DNA from: Mobula birostris | Taxonomy: Eukaryota | DNA: 64,000 nucleotides | Direction: 5' to 3' | Assembly: GCF_030028105.1 (NCBI RefSeq) | Contig: NC_092374.1 | Location: forward strand, 186,094,638-186,158,637 | Shown: piece after piece, positions 24,396-38,000 of the stretch | Layout of the letters: each line of letters opens with the position of its first letter | Position numbering within the stretch: position 1 is the first letter of the stretch | Program-made: the position numbers and the translations under genes | The notes under the pieces: model-generated | Databases searched by the model: none | The model's input: the letters and a program-made list of their open reading frames with translations, nothing else | Told to the model about the DNA's origin: nothing

Positions 24396-27300
24396 AAAGT
24401 AATAGAGAGTACCCCTGTGGCTGTGGCTGTGCCCCTTGACAATAAGTACTCCTGTTTGATTACAGTTGGGGGGGACAGCATACCTGGGGGAAGCAACACT
24501 GGCCGTGCCTCTGGCACGGAGTCGAGCCCTGTAGGTAAGAAGGATAGGGAACGGCAGAGGAGGGCAATAGTAATAGGGGACTCAATAGTTAGGGAGTCAG
24601 ATAGACGATTCTGTGGATGAAGTCAGGAGACCCGGATGGTAGCTTGCCTCCCTGGTGCAAGGGTCTGTAATGTTTCTGATCACGTCCAAGAGATCTTGAA
24701 ATGGGAGGGAGAGGAGCCAGAGGTCATGGTACGTAAAGGTACCAATGACATAGGTTGGAAAAGGGAAGAGGTCCTGAAAGAAGAATATAGGAAGGGAGTT
24801 GAGAAAAAGGACGACAAAGGCAGTAATCTCGGGATTACTGCCTGTGCCACGCGACAGTGAGAGTGGGAATGGAATGAGGTGGAGGATAAATACATGACTG
24901 AGAGATTGGAGCAAGGGGCAGGGATTCGGGTTTTTGGATCATTGGGACCACTATTGGCGCAGGCATGACCTGTACAAAGGGGCGGGTTGCACTTGAATCA
25001 TAGGGGGACCAATATCCTGGCGGGGAGATTTGCGAGGGCTACTAAGGTGACTTTAAACTAGAATGGTTGGGGGAGGGAATCAAATTAAGGAGCCTAGGAG
25101 AGGGGAGGTTGATATAGGGGGAAAAAGAAGAAGAAGGTAACAAAGTTGTTTGCTTAATTAAGGATAAACAGAGAGTGGGAGGGGGAAGAGTTTCTTAAAT
25201 GCATCTATTTTAATGCTAGGAGCATTGTAAGAAAGGTGGATGAGCCTAGAGCATGGATTGATAGCTATTAGTGAAATGTTGTTGCAGGAGGGGTGTGATT
25301 GGCAACTAAATATTCCAGGATTTCGTTGCTTCAGATGTGATAGAATAGGATGGGCAAGAGGGGGAGGTGTTGCATTGCTTGTCAGAGATTATATAACAGC
25401 AGAGCTCTGGCAGGATAGATTAGTGGACTCGTCTAGGGAGGCTATTTGGGTGAAATTGAGAGGAATAGGAAAAGTGTTGTGACGCTTATAGGGGTGTATT
25501 ATAGACCACCTAATGGGGACCGAGAACTGGAGGAGCAAATTTGTAAGGAGATAGCAGATATTTGTAGTAAGCACAAGGTTGTGATTGTGGGAGATTTTAA
25601 TTTTCCACACGTAGACTGGGAAGCCCATTCTGTAAAAGGGCTGGATGGTTTGGAGTTTGTAAAATGTGTGCAGGATAGTTCTTTGAAGCAATACATAGAG
25701 GTACCAACTAGAGAAGGGGCAGTGTTGGATCTCCTGTTAGGGAATGAGTCAGGGCAGGTAATGGAGGTATTTGTTGGGGAGCACTTCGGGTCCAGTAATC
25801 ACAATACAATTAGTTTCAGGCTATGTCCACACTACGCCGGATAATTTTGAAAACGCTGGTTTTGAGTAAAAACGACGGGCATCCACACTAGGCATTTTTC
25901 AAAATATCGCCGTCCACATTAGACGGATATTTGGGCGAATCTCCTACTGGGCATGCGCAGGACACACACAGAAAACAAGTGAGGAGGAAACGGTAAACTT
26001 GGTGCACGTTTGTCCAGTTACAGAGTAGAAAAACTTAAAAGGACTTGCTCTTGGCTCTCGCGCAGGAGGACTTAAAACTAAAAAAAAACAAATACTGGAG
26101 CATATGGAGGCAACCGACAGGAAGTTCATGGACAGTATGACCCAGCTGACGAACATTGAAAAACTGACCAACACTGTTGCATTAATAAAGCACCTTGTTA
26201 AATGTATAAAACATTTGCATCAGCGTTATCTTGTATTTCTATACAATGTTATATTAGCCTGTTACACATCTATTGTCAGAGAAGTACTTGCATGAAGAGG
26301 TGAACCACCTTCGTACAAGCAAGGACAGAAAACAGGGCAGAATGAATATACTTATTTATTCAGTATGCTATGAGTCAAAGTATTTGGTGAGTACATTTCT
26401 AACCCTTCTGGCTTCAGTCTCGTTGCCGTCTGTTCTGAAATTGTTAGGTGGTTGCGTTCAAGAAAACAACGAAATGCCGCACTGTGGCTATCTGTTCCGG
26501 CATGTCATGACAGCGTTTTTAAATAATCAAAAAAGCTCACTTTACAATTTAACTCTCACGCCACTCACACCGACTGCGCGTTATAACAGTTTGCGCAGTA
26601 CCAAGCAGAAGCAGAAAAAAGCATTGTTGTTGAGGTGTTGTCATGACAGTGTTTTTAAATCTCTCCGGTTACCCCGTACACACTACAACGGATATTAGGT
26701 GTTTTCAGATTTATTCATTCTGGAGATCGTTTCTGAAAATTTCTGTTTTCGGGGGATGAAAACGCTGTTTCAGTGTGGACAGAAGGTCAAAACGAAGAGA
26801 AAAGGCTTAGTTTTCAAAATTATCCGGTGTATTGTGGACGTACCCTCTGTGTAATTATGGAGAAGGATAGGACTGGACCTAGGATTGAGATTTTTGATTG
26901 GAGAAAGGCTAACTTTGAGGAGATGCGAAAGGATTTAGAAGGAGTGGATTGGGAAAATTTGTTTTATGGGAAGGATGTAACGGAGAAATGGAGGTAGTTT
27001 AAAGGTGAAATTTTGAGGGTTCAGAATTTTTATGTTCCTGTTAGGTTGAAAGGAAAGGTTAAAAGTTTGAGAGAGCCATGGTTTTCAAGAAATATTAGAA
27101 ACTTCGTTCAGAAAAAGAGAGGGATCTTCAATAAATATGAGCAGCTTGGAGTTAATGAGATACTCGAGGAATATAAAGAATGTAAAAAGAATCTTAAAGA
27201 AATTAGGAAAGCTAAAAGAAGATACGAGGCTGCTACGAGGAATAGTCTACATGGATTTGTGCGTGGAAGGTCATGTTTGACAAATCTTAATGAGTTTTTT

Positions 27301-28530
27301 GATGAGGTTACTAAGAAAGTTGACGAGGGTAAAACGGTGGATGTTGTCTATATGGACTTCAGTAAGGCCTGTGACAAGGTTCCACACGGAAGGTTAGTTA
27401 GGAAGGTTCAATCGTTAGGTGTTAATATGGAAGTAGTAAGATGGATTCAGCAGTGGCTGGATGGGAGACGCCAGAGAGTAGTGGTGGATAACTGTGTCTC
27501 AGATTGGTGGACGGTGTGTAGTGGTGTGCCTCAGGGATCTGTACTGGGTCCAATGTTGTTTGTAATATATATTAATGATCTGGATGATGGGGTGGTAAAT
27601 TGGATTTGTAAGTATGCAGATGATACTAAGATAGGTGGAGTTGTGGATGATGTGGTAGGTTTTCAAAACTTGCAGAGAGATATCGGATAGTTAGAAGAGT
27701 GGGCTGAAAGGTGGCAGATGGAGTTTAATGCTGAAAAATGTGAGGTACTACATTTTGGTAGAACTAATCAAAATAGGACATACATGGTAAATGGTAGTGC
27801 ATTAAAGAATGCTTTAGAACAGAGGGATCTAGGAATAATGGTACATAGTTCCCTGAAGATGGAATCTCATGTGGATAGGGTGGTGAAGAAAGCTTTTGAT
27901 TTGCTGGCTTTTATTAATCAGAACATTGAGTATAGGAGTTGGGATGTAATGTTGAAATTGTATAAGGCATTGGTAAAGCCAAATCTGGAGTATTGTGTAC
28001 AGTTCTAGTCACCGAATTATAGGAAAGATGTCAATAAAATTGAGAGAGTACAGAGGAGGTTTACTAAAATGTTACCTGGGTTTCATCTCCTAAGTTACAG
28101 AGAAAGGTTGAACAAGTTAGGTCTTTATTCTTTGGAGAGTAGAAGGTTGAGGGGGGATTTGATAGAGGTGTTTAAAATTATGAGGGGGATTGATAGAGTT
28201 GACGTGGTTAGACTTTTTCCATTGAGAGTGGGGAAGATTCAAACAAGAAGACATGGGTTGAGAATTAGAGGACAAAAGTTTAGGGGTAACATGAGGGGGA
28301 ACTTCTTCACTCAGAGAGTGGTAGCTGTGTGGAACGAGCTTCCAGCAGAAGTGGTTGAGGCAGGTTCGATGTTGTCGTTTAAAGTTGAATTGGATATGGA
28401 CAGGAAAGGAATAGATGGTTTTGGGCTGAGTGCAGGTCGGTGGGACTAGGATAGGGTAAGAGTTCGGCATGGACGAGAAGGGCCTAGATGGCCTGTTTCC
28501 ATGCTGTAATTGTTATATGGTTATATGGAT
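24396..28530 (+). mobile_element. CR1 LINE (ORF1 esterase, APE, internally deleted RT, 3' end) interrupted by Harbinger
   Basis: IVIGDSIVR, CLPGARV, GVYYRPP, VGDFNFP, GRSCLTNL, GVPQGSVLGP and YADDTK; tail tggttatatgg. Confidence 0.9.
25818..26846. mobile_element. PIF/Harbinger internal-deletion derivative
   Basis: About 37-bp TIRs aggctatgtccacactacgccggataattttgaaaac vs agggtacgtccacaatacaccggataattttgaaaac (rc of the right end). Plus-strand MEATDRKFMDSMTQL and minus-strand EARRVRNVLTKYFDS* remnants. TSD is not clean. Confidence 0.75.
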
Positions 28531-29900
28531 GAAAGGGGTAGTGTGGGTTTAGTACGTTTCTTTTTTAAGGAATATATGGGTCAGCACAACATCGAGGGCT
28601 GAAGGGCCTGTACTGTGCTGTAGTATTCTAGTGTCTAGTGTCTAGATAGAGTGGGTGTGAAGAGAATGTTTCCTACAGTGGAGGAGTTTTGGACAAGAGA
28701 GTACTGCTTCAAACTAGAGGGACTCCATCTGAAAGCCCTCAACTCGAAGTGGAGTCATTGGGACTCCGTCTTTTTAGCAGGCTTTTTTATTTTTACGAAG
28801 TCGAGTTGCTAGCTTGACGCTCAACCCAGCACAGATGGAAAGCATGCAAGGGAGCCGGCTGGGTTCAAACTCAGGAGCCTTCTCTCCGAAGTCCAGCATT
28901 GATGCCACTACACCACCAGCCGGCCATTTGGAACAGAGCTGAGGAGGAATTTCTTTAGCCAGAGGGTGCTAAATCTGTGGAATTCATTGGCACAGATGGC
29001 CGAGGAGGCTAATTCATGGGATGTACTTAAGGCAGAGATTTATAGGTTCTCGATTAGTCAGGATGTGAAAGATTATGAGGAGAAGGCAGGAGAATGGGAT
29101 CAACCATGATGAAATGGCGGATCAGACGTGATGGGCCAAATGGCCTAATTCTGCTCCTGTGTCTTGTGGTCTAAGCTGAGGTTGATAGGTTGGCATGAAG
29201 AAGGGTCGTCAAATGTGTTTACATTTGGCAGAGGCAGACTGGGCAAAATGAATTATTAAGCTGTATTTTATTTCATCCTTGCATCCAAAGCTACAATCCA
29301 TTTGGTTTAAGTCTTGTGCACCCAAACTGCCTTCTCCTTTGCAATATTTTGACAGTTTAGCCTAGATTGAGTTAACATTGGAGAGTTAATTATGTGTAAA
29401 TTGGCTGCCAGAACCAGGTGCTAAACTGTGGTGAGTGGTCTTATATCTGCTAATGTAATAGGTGCTGATTTTAGGTCATACAACCATAAGACACTGGAGC
29501 AGAATTAGGCCACTTGGCCCATTGGGTCTGACCTGCCGTTTCATCACAGCTGATTTAAGATACCTCCCAACCCATCTTTCTGCTTTCGCTCCATAACCTT
29601 TGACACTCTTACTAATCAAGAACCCATCAACCTTCGCTTGAAATATACTCAATGACCTGGCCTCCAAAGCCATTTCATCGCAATGAATTCCACAGATTCT
29701 CCACTCTGGCTGAAGAAATCCCTCTTCATTTCTGAGGCTGTGACTCTCTGTGTCCACTCCATCTTTGCCTTTCAATATTGAATGTGTTTCAGTAAGGTTC
29801 TCTTCCTCCCCATGCTGCCCCCATGACCACCTTCTTCTAAACTCCAGCAAGTAGAGGCCCGGACCCAAGAAACGCTCCTCGTACACTGACCCTCTGTCAC
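28530..29900. mobile_element. Short CR1 3' fragments (plus to about 29200; minus 29476-29900)
   Basis: aggaatttctttagccagaggg and ggcctaattctgctcc tail motifs. Confidence 0.65.
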
Positions 29901-29969
29901 CCGGTTCCAGTGTTTCACCACTGTCTTCCCAGATTTAACAGTTAAATTTTCTTTTCTTGCCCTCATCAG

Positions 29970-30278
29970 TCAACAGAGAAGATGCCATTGCAATGCTTGG
30001 TTCATCAGTTTTACTGGATTCGGAAGTCGAAGTTAACCCGCAGAAGCAAGAGATCGTTTGGACATTCATCAGCAGCCACAACAGCCCTGTCACCATTTTA
30101 CATCACATCCCGAATTACAAGAAGTGGGTAGAGCCCAGTGAACAGTTCAAGTTGCGCCTGGGTTTTATTCTTTCCAATGGTTCTTTGATGATAAATGGAT
30201 TAAAAGTCAGGGACGAAGGAGATTACAGTTTGGATGTAGATGGCCGTGAACTGAAAATAATACATTTGTCCCTCTTCG
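29970..30278 (+). CDS. Ig-5TM receptor exon 2: Cys-less IgV domain (CD2/SLAM/CEACAM/HEPACAM N-domain type)
   Basis: Acceptor ttcttttcttgccctcatcag, donor G|GTGAGT, phase 1-1, 309 nt. Sequence LGSSVLL, EIVW, LSNGSLMINGLKVRDEGDYSL; B- and F-strand Cys are absent. Confidence 0.92.
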
Positions 30279-30328
30279 GTGAGTACATGAATAACTGATT
30301 CAAGATTCAAGTTTATTTAACACGTGTA

Positions 30329-30397
30329 CAGTACTGTGCAAAAGTCTTAGGCACATAAATGTATACAGTAGCCAGCGTGCCTAAGACTTTGTACAGT
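30329..30397. mobile_element. Tiny Tc1/mariner-type MITE
   Basis: TA then cagtactgtgcaaaagtcttaggcac ... gtgcctaagactttgtacagt inverted ends. Confidence 0.55.
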
Positions 30398-30735
30398 TTG
30401 ATCTATTATGTCTTTCCATTTGCCAAATACTATTAGCTCAGTAGTATTAATTGTTATTTGGGAACTGGAAAGACATAATATTCAGTACTTGAGCACCCTA
30501 GCTATGTATGTGTACTTCAGACTTTGGCACAATATTGTACATGTGGGTTTATCAACATTGGGACTGGCTCTTTCAGTCAGAGTCCTGGAGAAAGATGACA
30601 ACTGAAACAGGCCTTTCAGCCCACGAACATTTTTGTTAGCCCTGACATAGCCCTTGTTATTGCTGTTCCTCACTTTGCCCTGACACCTCATTAAATGGTC
30701 ATCCGTCCCATTCCCGGTACGGCTGAGGGCATATC

Positions 30736-31389
30736 CAGACATCCCACCCTGGAAAAACTCATTTCAGGGCGGTAGCACCATCAATTTGCGGGAGAATCCC
30801 TGAACTTCCGGGAGAGGTGGGATGTCTGCAATAGGGTAGCTCCTGAGCAGCTAGCCAGCTAGTTTAAATAACGTTAGCTATGCTAATGAACGAATGACAC
30901 CTGCTAAACTCACCTCAACAGGTCTTTTACAGTCTCAACCCACAATGGGCAATAGAAAAGTCACTGTTGCAAACAGTGCAGCGAGCAACATTGTCATTAT
31001 TTTGACCCCTATTAGGCAGGGGTACACTTTAGTGTTGTCTGGGGTGACGTACGTTTTATATTTTCTTTTTTTGGAACACTCTACCATGGTGCGCTCTCGC
31101 GCTCTCTCTCGTGGTCACGTGCTCTCTCACGCTCTCACTTGCTTTCTTGCTTTCTCTCGCGCTCTCGGTTGCTCTAGCGCTCTCTCTTGCTCTCGTGGTC
31201 GCGCGCTCTCACTTGCTTTCTCACTTTCTCTCGTGCTCTCTCTCTCTCTCGTGGTCGCTCTCTCTTGCTTTCTCTCGCTCGCTCTCAAAAAATTGATTTC
31301 CGTGTTATTGTACATAATTTGCGGGCATCAGGCAGCCACTAGTAATATGCAGGAGACTCCTCGAACTTCCGGGAGAGGTGGGATTTCTG
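30736..31389. mobile_element. hAT MITE with internal CT-rich low-complexity tract
   Basis: TIRs cagacatcccacc / ggtgggatttctg; perfect 8-bp TSD ggcatatc at 30728-30735 and 31390-31397. Confidence 0.88.
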
Positions 31390-31469
31390 GCATATCCCAG
31401 CTTGGAACGTGAGCTGCACAGATACGTGGCTGAAAGGCAAGTCCTCCCTTCCCCCCGCACTTGATGAAA

Positions 31470-31750
31470 GGTGGGAGCCGCAGCAGCCGTAGTAGTTTGA
31501 CGCTATGCCATCAGAGTTCAGAGTTCAATTCCGGCACTGTCTGTGAATGTTTGTACGTCCTTCCCATGAGCACGTGGGTTTCTTCACAGTGCTCTGGTTT
31601 CCTCCCACAGTCCAAAGGCGTACTGGTTAGTAGGTTAACTGGTGATTGTAAATTGTCCCACCGTTAGGCTTGGGTTAAACAGGTGGGTTGCTGGGCAGTG
31701 TGGCTCGTTGGGCTGGGAGGGTCGGTTCTGCACCGTATCCCGAAATAAAT
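31470..31750 (+). mobile_element. tRNA-derived V-SINE (HE1-like); further copies at about 32200-32345 (+), 38930-39215 (-), 45750-45958 (-)
   Basis: B-box-like gagttcaattcc and V-domain-like gtgggtttc...ggtttcctcccacagtccaaag. Confidence 0.7.
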
Positions 31751-32439
31751 GTCACACAGTGAGGTTTCATTGCAAGTCATCAGTTCATAATATGTGGCAT
31801 TGATTAACTGGACTCTGGAAACTCACCCTCGTTCCTCAAAAACACTTTATTTACTTGTGCACAAGGAGAACTGCATGACCCCTGTCACCGCACTGTTCTG
31901 AAGTCTGAACAGAGAAAATGCCACTGTCAGAACAAATTGAATTGCTTTACAGATATTGACCAGCTGGGACATGTTCAAGTTCCTGACTTGCAAAATTAAT
32001 TGTCATTCAGGATAGTTGCTGCCTGATCCTGGAATCCTTATCTGATCTCCCTGTGCCAAATAGCTCCAGTCCCCTGCTGTGCTATGTTCTCCAAAGGCCT
32101 TCCCTAGTGACCTATCTTGGCTGCACTGACTGCACACTATCTGCATTCTGTGCTTGCCAGGACATTATCGTGACCTTTGCCTTGCTGCCCCTTCCAGAGT
32201 AGCACAGTGCTTATTACATTCGCCTTACAGCGCCAGTGGTCACTGACTGCAGCTCAATTCCCGTCACCGTCCGTAGGCATTTTGTATGTTCTCCCTGTGA
32301 CCGTGCGTGTTTCCTCACACATTCCGAACTGTACGGATGGTGAAAAAGGATCTAGTGCTTTCCTGGCGTATGTGACGAATAAACTGATCTCAGACTCCCA
32401 GCTGGCTGTAGGTATCGATTTTAACCAATGTTTCAATGA

Positions 32440-32990
32440 CAAGGTCTGCCATCTTCATCGGGGATGATGTCTGGGCATGTCTAGTCCAGTGGTATTTATA
32501 CCCCTGTTGTCCCTCTCTCCTGAATGGTTAGTCCTCATCCAGTCAGGTTTCCACTGAAACCCATATCAAGGAGCACAGGCAATGTATCCGTTTGGGTTAC
32601 CTGGAGAAATTGGCAGTGGCAGAACATTGTGTTCACAATGGCCATAGGATTGAATTCGACGGCACAAAACTGTGCCACGCCAATGGCTTTTGGGACCACC
32701 TGGTGAAGGAAGCATTTGAAATAAAACTAGAGGAATAGAATTTTATTCAGGGCAAACGTCTTCCTTTAGGTAAGAACTGGAATTTGGTTGTAAGCAAGGT
32801 GGGACGGCAGAAACCTGATTGGATGAGGACTAACCATTCAGGAGAGGTGGAATACAGGGGTGTAAATACCACCGGACTAGACATGCCCAGGCATCGTTCC
32901 TGATGAAGATGACAGAGTTTGTCACCGAAACGTCAGTTAAAATCGATACCTACACCTGGCTTGAAGCCCAAGAGAGCTTATTCATGTACG
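32440..32990 (+). mobile_element. Penelope-like element (Poseidon-type) 3' remnant with intact hammerhead core
   Basis: FWDHLVKEAFEIKLEE*NF GIY-YIG C-terminus; ctgatga...gaaacgtc at 32900-32934. Confidence 0.65.
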
Positions 32991-33118
32991 GTTAGGGTTA
33001 GTGAGTTGTGTTCATGCTATGTTAGCGTGTCAGCACGTCTGGACTGCACAGTCACAAAACAACATATTTAACTACACGTTATTGAAGTACAAATAAAGCT
33101 AGTCTTTCTGCCCTTTAG

Positions 33119-33379
33119 ATAACCTGTTGGAAGCTACGATATTGACCAGCTCCTCCTTCCCTGCTTCTGCTATCTGGCTCATCTGCAACGTCAGTGGAGA
33201 TCCTCAAAAGTATCAATGGTGGAAAAATGGAGCGGAAATCCCCCGACTTCACCAACTTATCGATGGCAATCGGACTCTAATGATCATGGATGCCTCAAGA
33301 CATGACTGTGGAATTTATACCTGCGCGGCAACCAATCCAGTCAGCTTCATCCAGGCTAACCACACCCTATTCATTTCTG
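33119..33379 (+). CDS. Ig-5TM receptor exon 3: IgC2 domain
   Basis: Acceptor gtctttctgccctttag, donor G|GTGAGT, phase 1-1, 261 nt. Sequence WLICNVSG..YQWWKNG..NRTLMI..DCGIYTCAATNPVS; N-glycosylation sequons NVS, NRT, NHT. Confidence 0.93.
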
Positions 33380-33949
33380 GTGAGTTTCGTTTGTAAATCT
33401 TATTCTGAGAGTAAATTTGACATCCTCGTTTAGTGGCCTGCTTTGGAAATGAATCTGTCAGCACTGGGAGTGTTAAAGTTCATAGAAATTTTGCAATAGG
33501 CAAAGAGGCCATTGGGTCCATCTTGTCTGTACTAGCTCTGAGTACTCCACCTACTCCCTTTTCCTGCTCCACAATTAAATCTGTCTCGATTACAACTATT
33601 CTTGAGGCAAGATTCGACAACATACCCTGACAACATACCAGCTTGGATTCTTTTGCTAATCATCGTCCTTCTACTTCCTCCAGTTCTCAACCTCTCTGGT
33701 TTCAAATAACTCTATCAGATCTTCTCACGTCCTCCCCTATTCCACAGAGAATGGCTTCAGTCTCTTCAGTCCGCCCACACGGCTCTCAATCGAGGAACCT
33801 TGAATTGAGGCTGAGGAGGGGTATTGTCTCTATCTCTGTAACTCTGAGCCACCCTTCCTGCTTTCTAATTTTTTATTATTTGTCATCTATTCAGCCTCAT
33901 CTGCAAATAATACTTCTTCCTGAACAGACAAACACTTAACCTAAACATT

Positions 33950-35020
33950 TAAGGAAAGAGTGGGAATAAACGGGACCTTTTCAGAATGGCAGGCAGTGAC
34001 TAGTGGGGTACCGCAAGGCTCAGTGCTGGGACCCCAGTTGTTTACAATATATATTAATGACTTGGATGAGGGAATTAAATGCAGCATCTCCAAGTTTGCG
34101 GATGACACGAAGCTGGGCGGCAGTGTTAGCTGTGAGGAGGATGCTAAGAGAATGCAGGGTGACTTGGATAGGTTGGGTGAGTGGGCAAATTCATGGCAGA
34201 TGCAATTTAATGTGGATAAAGTGAGGTTATCCACTTTGGTGGCAAAAATAGGAAAACAGATTATTATCTGAATGGTGGCCAATTAGGAAAAGGGGAGGTG
34301 CAATGAGACCTGGGTGTCATTATACACCAGTCATTGAAAGTGGGCATGCAGGTACAGCAGGTGGTGAAAAAGGCAAATGGTTTGCTGGCATTCATAGCAA
34401 GAGGATTCGATTACAGGAGCAGGGAGGTACTACTGCAGTTGTACAAGGCCTTAGTGAGACCACACCTGGAGTATTGTGTGCAGTTTTGGTCCCCTAATCT
34501 GAGGAAAGACATCCTTGCCATAGAGGGAGTACAAAGAAGGTTCACCAGATTGATTCCTGGAATGGCAGGACTTTCATATGATGAAAGGCTGGATCGACTA
34601 GGCTTATACTCGTTGGAATTTAGAAGATTGAGGGGGGATCTTATTGAAACATATAAAATCCTAAAGGGATTGGACAGGCTAGATGCAGGAAGATTGTTCC
34701 CAATGTTGGGGAAGTCCAGAACGAGGGGTCACAGTTTGAGGATAAAGGGGAAGCCTTTTAGGACCGAGATTAGGAAAAACTTGTTCACACAGAGAGTGGT
34801 GAATCTGTGGAATTCTCTGCCACAGGAAACAGTTGAGGCCAGTTCATTGGCTATATTTAAGAGGGAGTTCGATATGGCCCTTGTGGTTAAAGGGATCAGG
34901 GGGTATGGGGGGAAGATTGGTACAGGGTTCTGAGTTGGATGATCAGCCATGATCATACTGAATGGCGGTGCAGGCTCAAAGGGACGAATGGCCTACTCCT
35001 GCACCTATTTTCTATGTTTC
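33950..35020 (+). mobile_element. CR1 LINE 3' portion (same subfamily as 14656, 51886 and 55372 copies)
   Basis: GVPQGSVLGPQLF, FADDTKLGG, and a 199-aa open C-terminal ORF at 34334-34933. Confidence 0.92.
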
Positions 35021-35049
35021 TATGTAACCTGTCATCAAATGGGGGGTGT

Positions 35050-38000
35050 AATAGAAACATAGAAAACCTACAGCACAATACAGGCCCTTCGGCCCACAAA
35101 TCTGTGCCAAACATGTCCTTACCTTAGAACTACCTAGGCTTACCCATAGCCCTCTATTTTTCTAGGCTCCATGTACCTATCCAGGAGTCTCTTAAAAGAC
35201 CCTATCGTTTCCGCCTCCACCACCGCTGCCGGCAGCCCATTCCACACACTCACCACTCTCTGCCGAAAAACCTTACCCCTGACATCTCCTCTGTACCTAC
35301 TTCCAAGCACCTTAAAAACTCTGTCCTCTCATGATATCCATTTCAGTCCTGGGGAAAAAGCCTCTGACTATCCACACAATCAATGCCTCTCATTATCTTG
35401 CACACCTCTATCAGGTCACCTCTCATCCTCCGTCACTCCAAGTAGAAAAGGCCGAGTTCACTCAACCTATTCTCAAAAGACATGCTCCCCAATCCAGGCA
35501 ACATCCTTGTAAATCTCCTCTGCACCCTTTCTATGGTTTCCACATCCGTCCTGTAGTGAGGCGACCAGAACTGAGCGCAGTACTCCAAGTGGGGTCTGAC
35601 CAGGGTCCTATATAGCTGTAACATTACCTCTCAGCTCCTAAACTCAATGCCATGATTGATGAAGGCCAATGCAGCGTATGCCTTCTTAACCGCAGAGTCA
35701 ACCTGCTTAGCAGGTTTGAATGTCCTGTGGACTCGGACCCCAAGATCTCTCTGATCCTCCACACTGCCAAGAGTCTTACCACTAATGCTATATTCTGCCA
35801 TCATATTTGACCTACCAAGATGTACCCACCTCACACTTATCTGGGTTGGACTCCATCTGCCACTTCTCAGCCCAGTTTTGCATCCTATCAATGTCCCGCT
35901 GTAACCTCTGACAGCCCTCCACACTATCCACAACACCCCCAACCTTTGCGTCATCAGCAAATTCACTAACCCATCCCTCCACTTCCTCATCTAGGTCATT
36001 TATAAAAATCACAGTGAGTAGGGGTCCCAGAACAGATCCCTGAGGCACACCACTGGTCACCGACCTCCATGCAGAATATGACCCATCTACAGCCACTCTT
36101 TGCCTTCTGTGGGCAGGCCAGTTCTGGATCCACAAAGCTATGTCCCCTTGGATCCCATGCCTCTTTACTTTCTCAATAAGCCTCGCATGGGGTACCTTAT
36201 CAAATGCCTTGCTGAAATTCACATACACTTCATCTACCACTCTACCATCATCAATATGTTTAGTCACATCCTCAAAAAATTCAGTCAGGCTTGTAAGGCA
36301 TGACCTGCCTTTGACAAAGTCATGCTGACTATTCCTAATCATATTATGCCTCTCCAAATGTTCATAAATCCTGCCTCTCAGGATTTTGTCCATCAATTTA
36401 CCAACCACTGAAGTAAGATTCACTGGTCTATAATTTCCTGGATATCTCTACTCCCTTTCTTGAATAAGGGAACAACATCCGCAACCCTCCAATCCTCCGG
36501 AACCTCTCCTGTCCTCATTGATGATGCAAAGATCATCGCCAGAGGCTCAGCGATCTCCTCCCTCGCTTCACACAGTAGCCTAGGGTACATCCCATCTGAT
36601 CCCGGTGATTTATCCAACCGGTTGCTTTCCAAAGGCTCCAGCACATCCTCTTCCTTAATATCTACATTTTTATTCCACTGCAAGTCAACCCTACAATGGC
36701 CAAGCTCCTTTTCAGTAGTGAATGCTGAAGCAAAGTATTCATTAAGTACTTCTGCTTTCTCCTCCGGTTCCATACACACTTTTCCACTGTCACACTTGAT
36801 TGGTCCTATTCTCTCACGTCTTATCCTCTTGCTCATCACATACTTGTAGAATGCGTTGGGGTTTTCCTTAATCCTGTCTGCCAAGGCCTTCTCATGGACC
36901 CTTCTGGCTCTCCTAATTTCATTCTTAAGCTCCTTCCTGCTAGCCTTATAATTTTCAAGATCTCTATCATTACCTTGTTTTTTGAATATTTCGTAAGCTC
37001 TTCTTTTCTCCTTGACTAGATTTATTACAGCCTTTGTACACCACGGTTCCTGTACCTTGCCATCCTTTCCCTGTCTCATTGGAACATACCTATGCAGAAC
37101 CCCATGCAAATATCCCCTGAACATTTGCCACATTTCTTCCGTACGTTTCCCTGAGAACATCTGTTGCCAATTTATGCTTCCAAGTTCCTGCCTGATAGCC
37201 TCATTTTTCCCCTTACTCTAATTAAACGTTTCCCTGACTTGTCTGTTCCCGTCCCTCTCCAATGCTATGGTAAAGGAGATAGAATTGTGATCACTATCTC
37301 CAAAATGCTCTCCCACTGAGAGACCCAACACCTGACCAGGTTCATTTCCCAATACCAGATCTAGTACAGCCTCTCCTCTTGTAGGCTTATCTACGTATTG
37401 TGTCAAGAAACCTTCCTGAGCACACCTAATAAACTCCACCCCATCTAAACCCCTCACTCTTGGAAGATGCCATTCAATATTTGGGAAATTAAAACCTCCC
37501 ACCACAACAACCCTGTTATTATTACACCTTTGCAGAATCTGTCTCCATATCTGCTCCTCACAAACTCTCCCCAGTAGGCTTAGCAAACCTCCCTGCCAGG
37601 ATATTGGTCCCCCTGGGATTCACGTGCAACCTGTCCTTTTTGTACAGGTCACACCTGCTCAAAAAGAGGTCCCAATGATCCAGAAATTTGAATCCCTGCC
37701 CCCTGCTCCAATCCCTCAGCCACGCATTTATCCTCCACCTGATTCTATTCCTGTACTCACTGTCACATGGCACAGGCAGTAATCCCGAGATTACTACCTT
37801 TGATGTCCTGCTTCTCAACTTCCTTCCTAACTCCCTATAGTCTGTTTTCAGAACCTCCTTCCTTTTCCTGCCTATTTCGTTGGTACTGATATGTACCACG
37901 ACCTCTGGCTCTTCTCTTACCCACTTCAGGATATTGTGGATGCGATCAGGAACATCCTAGACCCTGGCACCTGTTAGGCAAACTACCATCCGCGTTTCTT

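Noticed and set aside
30894-31412. 172-aa hydrophobic ORF
   Set aside because: It arises from the CT-rich low-complexity interior of a TSD-flanked hAT MITE.
31470-31560. tRNA gene
   Set aside because: Only a B-box-like remnant of a SINE head is present; no cloverleaf can be drawn.
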